A stretch of DNA of 62,642 bases, filler included, from Choristocarpus tenellus KU-1152 (Eukaryota; Protista; Phaeophyceae), in NCBI GenBank assembly GCA_964200185.2. It is 10 parts of 10 records of this genome, joined end to end, with 100 filler letters (N's around TTAATTAATTAA, not from the genome) between each part and the next. Parts side by side here need not be neighbours in the genome. Positions count along the whole stretch, not along the records: positions 53,229 to 57,384 come from CAXNAD020015936.1; positions 57,485 to 62,642 come from CAXNAD020011669.1; 8 more parts are not named here. The stretch is one strand, 5' to 3'. Of the stretch, positions 54,177-62,642 are shown in pieces (within the stretch, counting starts at the first letter, position 1; each line of letters starts with the position of its first letter). A program made the position numbers and the translations under genes. A model generated the notes under the pieces. That model worked only from the letters and a program-made list of their open reading frames with translations, was not told where the DNA came from and did no database searches.

Positions 54177-54529
54177 TTAGGGTTAGAGCCGTTAGACTTA
54201 CTTAGGGTTAGTGTTAGGGTTAGTGTTAGGGTTAGGGTTAGGGCTGCAGGGCATTCCCACCGTAAAGATGTCTGATAAGTGACAACAGCTTGACCTTGCC
54301 ATGATATCATCCGTTTGTGAACAGTAGGAATGCGGCCTTCATGTACATACTGGCCCGGGCCCTAACTCTACGGCCTGGGTGGGGATTGTCATTCCTCCTA
54401 TGAAGAAAAGAAAAGGGCGGGTTAGGGTTAGGGTTAGGGTTAGGGATAGGCTCTGAGGTGTATTCGTATGAGGAGCAATTCACGTCAGGAATATAACCGA
54501 CCCAGGGGTTAGGGTTAGGATTAGGGTTA
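54177..54529. repeat. Cluster of telomere-like TTAGGG arrays, with TTAGTG/TTAGGA variants
   Basis: Arrays at ~54202-54243, 54419-54444 and 54507-54529. Confidence 0.8.
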
Positions 54530-54536
54530 TTAATGT

Positions 54537-54641
54537 GATAGATGATAGATGATAGATGATAGATGATAGATGATAGATGATAAATGATAAATGATAGATG
54601 ATAGATGATAAATGATAAATGATAAATGATAGATAATAGAT
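54537..54641. repeat. 7-bp microsatellite (GATAGAT/GATAAAT)n
   Basis: Read directly, about 14 units. Confidence 0.92.
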
Positions 54642-55095
54642 GCATCGCAGAGTCAGTGCCTGTCACCGTAAGAAAAAAAATGATGGTGATGAACGATCGA
54701 CCAATCAGAAGGCTCTCTTCTCACCGAAACTCCTTTTTGGATTTTGGCTTGCGTGGCCAGTCAAGTCACCAGTTGGCTCAGAGGGAGAAACGATCCACGA
54801 ACTGCGCCTTAGCCAGTCTCTCTCTCTCCTTTTTGAGAAACGTGTGTTCCCTCCATTGCTTCAGGTAAAAAACAAGTGGGGGGGATCTTTTTGTTTTTTT
54901 TGAGCCCTCGATAACGCGAGCACAGATTTGGAATGATTTTGGAATGATTTTTGTGCCGTCTGATCGGCTGCGGGCGCGCGCGCGCGAGGGGGGTTGATGT
55001 TTGTTGACGCGATAATCTTTTTGTTTTGTCTTGGGTTGAGATGGTGTTGATGCTTTTGATTATTTATTATATATGTCTTGATGCTTTAAAAATAA

Positions 55096-55131
<36 letters not shown>

Positions 55132-56918
55132 ATTTTGCGTTATCGTTTTACTTTTTTTTTTCAATTTGTGGAAAAAAATTATTTTTTCATCCTTTTTTTG
55201 GTTTTGGTTTTGGTGCGTGGTGTGGTTGTGAAGAGTTGTTTTTTGTTGAGATGAACACCAGTCAGGAGGGAAGTGGTCTCGTTGGTTTTTGTTCTGTGTA
55301 TTGCAGATACATGCATGCGGTTAGTGCTCTGGAGCTCTAACGCCGCCCTCTTCCTTGGCTTAGCAAAAAAGAAGGAGAGGCCGCCTATTGTGTGATAGAT
55401 AAATATACCCGCGAGGTTTTTGACCGATTGTTGATCCCCATCAATTTGTTGGTTCGGTTTTGATACCTGAAGATGAGCACCTTGTTGCTTCTGCTCTTTG
55501 TGTTCGGGTATGGTCGTGGGAGGTGAAGGGTGTTGTGTTTAATACTGATGATCTTGGGAGGACAAGCGTTGTTTTCCTAGTGGCAATCTTTTTTTTCTTT
55601 AACAAGTGCCATGCATGTTTCACGAAAATGTTTCCATTTTTTTTCCTTAGGGTTAGGGAAAGTCCTGGATTACTCTTTCGATAAGCTCCCCTCACTGCCT
55701 GCCCCGGCAATGTCAGCCTCCCCGCCCCCCCTTGAGTTAATGACAACCTAACATAGTCTATCACCCTCTGCCTGCTGTCTTTGTGTGCAGGAATTGAACA
55801 CCAACTTCTTCTTCTGGGAGGAGAAGCGCAATGTCTTGCACAACCCGAAGGTCTACCCCACAAAGCCTTACTTTGTTAGAGAGTTTCCCATATGTTGCAT
55901 GGGGATAGACCCTGTACAGCCATGACCATGGCGTGCTGAGTCCCCTTCATCGGGCTATGGATGTATAGGGCTGATTGCAGGGTTGTGATAGGTAGAAAGA
56001 ACAACTCGATACTATATTTTGTTCCACGTCTTGTAATCACTTTTTTGTTTGTTGTGTTTTCACCCGCCTTTTTTGGAGTTCGCGAGGTAGGTGGAATTTT
56101 GGAGGAGATCAAACTTGTATTTTGTTTCAGTGATGCAGGGAGTGCTTTGTTAGGAGTATTGCTTGGGGTTCTTGAGTGGCGTTAGTGCGTTTTTGTTGTG
56201 TGTTTGCTTGTGTTTGTGTTTGTGTTTGTGGTCCATGACGCCACTGTGGGGGTGATCCTGTTGGTAGTAGTGAGTGTATTGTGTGCTGATCACAGAGAGT
56301 ACTGACGTTATTAGTACAGAGTGTAAGCTTCTTGGATTTTTTTTTGGTCGGGCCAAGGGTTAGGGTGCGCTACCATTTGTAATTTTTTTTATGTTTCCGG
56401 TTCCCGTTGGCGCAGGGCCTCTCCTGACCTTCTGTGTATGTGTGTGGTGGGTGTATAGATGACTGTGACGTGAAGGTGAAGTTGAAGTTGCAGGGGGGAA
56501 TGTGGGAGGTCAGGTTAGAGTCAGCGTAGCAGCTTGTATTGGCTGACTGACTGTTGGTGAATGGTTAGTTTGTTGTGGTCATGACGAGAAAGATTGGCGA
56601 GTGGTCTTGCTACAGTTGTTCCTTGTCTAGATTATATGGATTATATGCAGGAAAAAGGGAGGAGGCTTTTTGGGGGGTGTGTATCTTTGATCTTACAGGA
56701 ATAGTGTAGTGTGTCGACTGATTCGCAGTGTGCGGTGGTAGTTTGGTTCTGACTTTTTTTTTTACTTTGTTCTAAGTTGTTGGTAGGTCAGGGTCCAACA
56801 AGATTGCCCCGCCTTTTTGTGTTTTGTTGTTGATGACCTCCCCCCATCCCCTAGCTTTTTTTCTTTTTGTGTAGGAGGGATGCGAGACAGTGTGTGTATG
56901 CCAATCAGATCTTTTCAG

Positions 56919-57176
56919 AGGTTGTGGGGTTGAATCCTGTGTGGAACACATTCCCCGACTCCCTACAGAGAGAGGATAAACATAGAATAAGTAGGGGACC
57001 ATGGGACAATGTGCTCAAGAGAAAACAAGTAGATCGAGATGTGACTACTTGGGGAGGGCTTGTGGCTAGTGATGTGGTGATGGTCCTCCATGCATTAAGT
57101 GGGGGCAACATCCCTGCCTCTGATTTTTTTCGAATATTGAGATGCTACTATGACTCTGCCATGACTGACTACCATG
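56919..57176 (+). CDS. Probable internal exon of an unidentified protein
   Basis: cttttcag acceptor, G/gtgagg donor, 258 nt open (VVGLNPVWNTFPDSLQREDKHR...FFRILRCYYDSAMTDYH). Confidence 0.5.
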
Positions 57177-57363
57177 GTGAGGCAATTAAAAAATATATAT
57201 ATCTCAATATTCAACCAAGTCATTGTCATTGTCAATATCCTCATATCAAAGATTCGGTACTCTATTTTTCTATTTTTCTTTTTTTCTTTTTATGCAAAAA
57301 TAGTATCCCTTTTTTCGTTTTTGTGTGTATCATCGTTGGTAGTTGCTATTACCTCCAGTAGGA

Positions 57364-57384
57364 GGGTCAAAGTATCTGGGGGGG
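57364..57384. mobile_element. MITE family A TIR at contig end
   Basis: gggtcaaagtatctggggggg. Confidence 0.75.
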
Positions 57385-57484
57385 NNNNNNNNNNNNNNNN
57401 NNNNNNNNNNNNNNNNNNNNNNNNNNNNTTAATTAATTAANNNNNNNNNNNNNNNNNNNNNNNNNNNNNNNNNNNNNNNNNNNN
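57385..57484. other. Artificial contig linker
   Basis: N44-TTAATTAATTAA-N44. Confidence 0.97.
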
Positions 57485-57503
57485 CTCCCAGATACTTTGA
57501 GAC
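57485..57503. mobile_element. MITE family A TIR at contig start
   Basis: ctcccagatactttgagac. Confidence 0.7.
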
Positions 57504-57912
57504 AGCTATATATCCTCTATGGAGGTAAGCTTCTGAAGCGTGCTGTAACAGAAGTGCTGGGGTCGAAAGGTGATCACTTCTTTATAATTCCCCATCTTAG
57601 CAAGGAAAATACCAAGAAGGTGGGCAAGCTCCCCTGAATGCCTGGTTGGATGCAGGGGAATACTGTGATGGAGTGGAATTCTGGAGGGCTTCAGGGGCGG
57701 AATCATAGAGATTGATACAGGCTACCTCATCTTCCTTGAGATTGTGGTTGGCAATCTTTTTAGTGTCTGCTCAATACACCCATAAAATATGAACGTGTGA
57801 AAAATAATCTTGCTTCTTCATGGGGACTGGACAAGGTATGTTAGATCTATTACCAAATAGAGGAAGTACTACTTTGAGGGAGGTCTAACACTCCAAGATA
57901 GTAGTGGTAGTT

Positions 57913-58171
57913 GAGCCAACGTATCTTAGAGGGTAGAGCCGCGTCCATTTGGGGGTCAAAACCCAATGTTGCGATTTTAATGTAATTTTGGTTATCATGT
58001 TTGTTAGGAAGTGTCAATATCCATGTTCCGGATATACCTTTTCATGCCGTATACATTTGACCTACTCAAAACATTTTGGAGTAGGAAAATGTCATAGAAA
58101 ACCCCCATGGGAAGCCAAGCACCAAATGGACAAACAGGGCAAAACTCATACCCTCTAAGATACTTTCACTC
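57913..58171 (+). mobile_element. MITE family B, full copy
   Basis: TIRs gagccaacgtatcttagagggta...taccctctaagatactttcactc; AGTT/AGTT flanks. Confidence 0.87.
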
Positions 58172-59756
58172 AGTTCCTAGTTATGAACCACTTCAGGGTT
58201 TTTCATCACCACAGATGAACGCAATGCTCATCCATATTTTCCATGTTCTTTATGAAAACACAAAATCTCATTTGGGGCAAAGTAGTACGAGTAGTGCTAT
58301 CTGGCAACAGAATATGAAATCCGAACATATCAAAAACCTCTAGATATCTCAGCTTGCCTTGGTGTACGCATTAAGACTATCTGAGCATTTTTTCGAAGGT
58401 TCATCGGACAGGCCAGATAGCCTCAACGACATTACAACTCTGCAAATATCACAGCACCAAACTCTACCACCTCCCTTACGAAAGCTGCCCATATAAGCTC
58501 AAGGAAGCTCATAAATCGTTTTCACCAAATATCATTTAAACAGTTCAAGTCAAATGATATACAGAACCACTACCAACATAACAATGAAGACTCCAAGCAT
58601 ATCACGATACTCCCCCGGAAGATGACCGAGTTGATTTTCCAGTAGTACGTATCTTTTCGGGATTTGAGAGAGAAAATTTTATTCAATACCCCCACTTTGA
58701 ACACTGCATAGTATCCGTAGTGGCCTACTGTACAAAGGTATTGTTTGTTCACTCAACACCTACAACCAGATGTTGATGTTTCCACAATTGCTTTCATCAA
58801 ACACAGCGCACCAAATTAACGTACACTTCTGCAGGTTACGTTGCTTGGCCAAATCCCACCTAACCGTCCCTGGATAAAGGACCTTTGAGCTATCCAATCT
58901 TTGAGGGTGTTGTTGTTCAGTATTCGAGGCCCCTGTGTCTCCCTTCGAATGCTTACGTTTTCTACGACTCCCAAGGGCGATTTCGCACTAATGTCGACAA
59001 AACAGTTCTCCTCTACCGTCAGCCTCGTGCGCAGATCTGGGTGCATTTTCGGATGTGGGAATGTGGGGTGCCAGGGTGGAAGCTTACAAACACTCCGCTT
59101 CTCAGTCAGGCTCAAAGTTACAATCCTCTAAATAAGATGGTTCTTCGAAATACCATTTGTCAATGTTTTGGGGACAAAGTCTGCGGAGCAAGATCAGTGA
59201 ACTGTACCCACGTTGTCTCCAGCATATCACTCCATGATAATTTCTGCTCGTCTCTGACAACACCCAAAATGTGGCAGTGGGTATACATAACTGTCTTGAT
59301 CCAGTAACTAGCAGTCCGTGATCAACCGAACAACGCATTCTAAATATAAAACAAGTCATTTCACAACCCCCTATGATAAATTGCCGCTATGGAACCTGGG
59401 CAACAGTAAATAACACTTCCTACATTGTACACAATCTTCCCGAATACATTATGGTATTGGAGCCCATGAAATGAATGACACAGACAACATCAAGGGACAT
59501 CTATCTTGATTGCGAACTCAATCAAAGCTTCTACAAGCGATATCGTACAAATCCCATTGGGGACACTGCCAGCAACTCACTAGCTATGCATTGCAAAGCA
59601 TATTGATTTGTGTACCCCATTGCACCAATGTGGACTAGCATGACCAACACGTACCTTTACTGTAGTCCTCTCAAATATGGCCAGAAACCCCTTGGAATAT
59701 AGGCATTGTGGACTACCACCTCCTATCCTGAAATACTTACATGATCAATACAAAAA

Positions 59757-60014
59757 GATTCAAAAGTATCTTAGAGGGTAGAGCCGCGTCTGTTTGGGGG
59801 CCAAAATCCAATGTTGCGATTTTGATGTTCTTTTGGCTATCGTGTTTGTTACGAAGCATTAATATCCTTGGTCTGGATACATCTTTCATAACATATGTAT
59901 TTGACCTACTCTGCAATATTTCGGAGTAAGAAAATGTCGCATAAAACCCGCGGGAAGCAAAGACCCAAACAGACAAACAGGGCAAAACTCGTACCCTCTA
60001 AGATACTTTCACTC
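59757..60014 (+). mobile_element. MITE family B, full copy
   Basis: Perfect 18-bp inverted core aaagtatcttagagggta / taccctctaagatacttt. Confidence 0.87.
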
Positions 60015-60350
60015 AGAAGCGGTCTCCAAGTAACCCCAAAGCAGAAACCTGTACGACTCATTTCCTGTGTGGGCACAACATTATCTCAGGTCTAAACGCC
60101 ATCAAAGCATCAGTCAAGAACAGAAAAACACACCCCACTTGAGATCTTGCGACTCACACACACCATCCAAGGGAATTTATAGAACGATCTTTAGGGTGCC
60201 TTTCTTTGCCCACACTATGTTACCACATTATCCTACCACACCTAAAAAAGCAGATATTCAGATATTCTTTAGAATACAAAATCAGTACATGTTCTCTCAG
60301 CTGCGATCAGTTCCCTTGGAAACCTCTGGTGTGGCAATAAATCGTTGTTT

Positions 60351-61466
60351 TCACATGTTCATGAGGGGCACCTGCAATCCTTCACTATTTTCTGTCCCAC
60401 TCTTCATTTGCCTTGCCGAACCCAACCGGCCATGTCCACCATTCCAGCCTCGACTATAAATGGCAGCAATAGCTCGCACACATCCCCCATTTGCTACCCT
60501 GGCACGATAGGCTGCACGTGCAACAAAAAAACTGAGGACAACTGGAAGCCACAAATTTGCCCACATCTGCACCAGTCTTGGAATGCTAAAATCATTTCCT
60601 CGCTCATCATACTGCATGTGCAATGGTTCCATAGTAAGAACACCGTCAAAAGTGCTTCCGTAGTCCAGTCCAGGTCTGCTGGCCATAGAAATTTCTCCCT
60701 TTTCCAGATGATTGTTGTTGGAGGGGAAACCGAACGTATTCTCACCGGATACAAAGTTGTTTTCCATGACCTCATAATCAGAACCTAAAGTATTGAATTC
60801 ATCATCAACTAGCTCCTCCGATTCTTGCGGGAAGGAAGGCAACTCTGTTCCTAGTCCCGGGAGACAGTTCCATTGTAGTGATAATGATGCTTCGTATGCC
60901 AGATCGAAAGAGATCCAGGCACCAAACAAGAGTCCCAGTGCAACCCATATTCTTGTTGTCACCTTTGTCACTCCCTTGAAACTCTGGGGTGGCATGGGGT
61001 GCCCTACTGCAGCCTCAACGGCAGACCTGACTGAATCATCAGCATGCACCGCTGCCCAGAAGCGACGTCTCTGGGCCCCCACCTAAATCACAACTGCTGC
61101 AAGGCAAGTCACTGCAGTGTATGCCACTACCAAGGACACTAGCTCTGTTGAGGTACTTCGACCTTTCTGGAAATCGGAATATTCCTTCATGCTCTGCTGA
61201 TATGACAGCCACTTGTCGTTTTGGTCGAGACGTGGTGGGGTATCCAATCTGATATCCTTTATCCTTGTAAACGCTACTCGGATACCTTCCCCTCGTTCCT
61301 TCTGTTTCCCCAAGTCTTCACTTCCCAAGGGCTCAAAACGGCGCCAACCAGATTTCTGGGAACCAAACATTTCCCCCAACGGGCAGCCATTACGAGCCGA
61401 AAACACGAATACTAGCGCTGAGTCGTGTGCCAGACGCTTTCCTAGCCGCCAGCAATCTGGTGACAA
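60351..61466 (-). pseudogene. Long frame for an unidentified membrane protein, interrupted by one in-frame TAG (61085-61083)
   Basis: The 127-aa and 243-aa ORFs abut in the same frame; three hydrophobic segments (LVSLVVAYTAVTCLAAVVI, IWVALGLLFGAWISF, LWLPVVLSFFVA). Confidence 0.45.
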
Positions 61467-61907
61467 CTGAATAGCGCATCATACACGCGTTGGCGGGGTG
61501 CAATCATACTGCCAGAGGCAAAATAGGCCACACTCCTTCACTTGTAAATTGCTCCCGTTCCATCCCCTCACGCCACCACGAGTCATTCAGTAAATCACTC
61601 CAACCAGGAAGGAGTGAGACCTCGTCTGGGTGATGTGGGTTGGGTCATAAACTCCTTCGGATCCAGGGCCAACTTGTTCGACTGTGACACAACGGAAACA
61701 TCTCTTAGTGCCTATTAACGAGTGTCTCAAGGGTTGGTCGTTCAAGGTGATAAATTCATTTATCAACCGTGTGGACTGACTAAAAGATAAGAAACCGACA
61801 CAACAAACACAGTCTTCAAACTTCTCACCTGTCAAACCAAGTCGGCTTGAAGTACTTGTCGGTGCGATTGTAGCATGTGAAGTAGAGGTCATCCACAGGT
61901 AAACCAC

Positions 61908-62085
61908 CGTCAACACCCGTTCCGGTCTCTAGTGTATGTGTGGCACAATGATCAAGGAAGTCTTGCGCACAGACTTTCGAGACGCGATTTGCCAGGCGTC
62001 AACACCCGTTCCGGTCTCTAGTGTATGTGTGGCACAATGATCAAGGAAGTCTTGCGCACAGACTGTCGAGACGCGATTTGCCAGG
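61908..62085. repeat. 89-bp tandem duplication with 1 mismatch
   Basis: 61908-61996 vs 61997-62085. Confidence 0.93.
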
Positions 62086-62642
62086 AGAGCTATGTTATTC
62101 CGCAGAGTCCTTGTTGCTCTCACTCGGTCAGGATCAGGGGTGGCACAGTCATGGCAGCTCCAACCTTCCATGCAGGTGAAAAGATGGAGGATGGCGTTGG
62201 TAGTGAGTTTTAGACAAGGGGGCGAAGAACATATGGCCAGAAGTTGTGCAAAGGGACAAAGAATTTGCCGAATGCTTCCCAATTGTCCACTCACCGGCAG
62301 CGATGCCCAACCATCCAGCCGCCAGGAAGGTGCAAACGTTAACATGTTCCTTCATATCTCTTCACAGATATAGGTTCCACTCCCAACAAATAGCTGACTC
62401 TAGACCCACAACGCCTAAATACGATATGGTACAACGAAGGTGTGTTGATTATGTGGAGGGAAGGGAAAGGTATATATCTCGTTCTATATTATGGAAATGG
62501 TAGATATTGGTGTTCAGAGTTGGGGTGAAGGAGGAAAAGGTGTTCGATTAGACTCTTCCAACTCTATTGGACAGTTATGGTGAAATATGTATGACTTAAT
62601 GGAACAATCAATTAGTGGTTGAGTTCTCAGAACCTTTTACTA

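Noticed and set aside
53711-54666. ORFs with ILCVYYVYT, LTLTLT, IIYHLSS or NPNPNP repeats
   Set aside because: They are translations of mini/microsatellites and telomere-like repeats.

Overview
Eukaryotic, intron-rich DNA, most plausibly a brown alga or related ochrophyte. That assignment is an inference from the Chlamydia-PMP-like repeat protein, the TTAGGG repeats and the exon style. The window is not one locus: ten short contigs are joined by identical 100-nt N44-TTAATTAATTAA-N44 linkers, so gene neighbourhood means nothing across those joins. Most ORFs in the track are spurious; the real genes only appear after manual splicing. I reconstructed: (1) the 3' part of a cohesin SCC3/STAG gene (minus, 8 exons); (2) the 5' part of a signal-peptide PMP/beta-helix repeat protein (minus), whose leader region is duplicated upstream; (3) a DTWD1-type tRNA aminocarboxypropyltransferase gene (minus) with apparent lesions, head-to-head (176 bp between ATGs) with (4) a signal-peptide TPR protein (plus). 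Mobile DNA includes an internally deleted Ty1/copia element, a degenerate KDZ-type transposase region, and two abundant MITE families that share terminal and subterminal motifs. I found no rRNA, tRNA or CRISPR array, and no firmly supported new biological system. The best leads are the paired MITE families, the KDZ relic with possible cargo, and the DTWD1/TPR gene pair.
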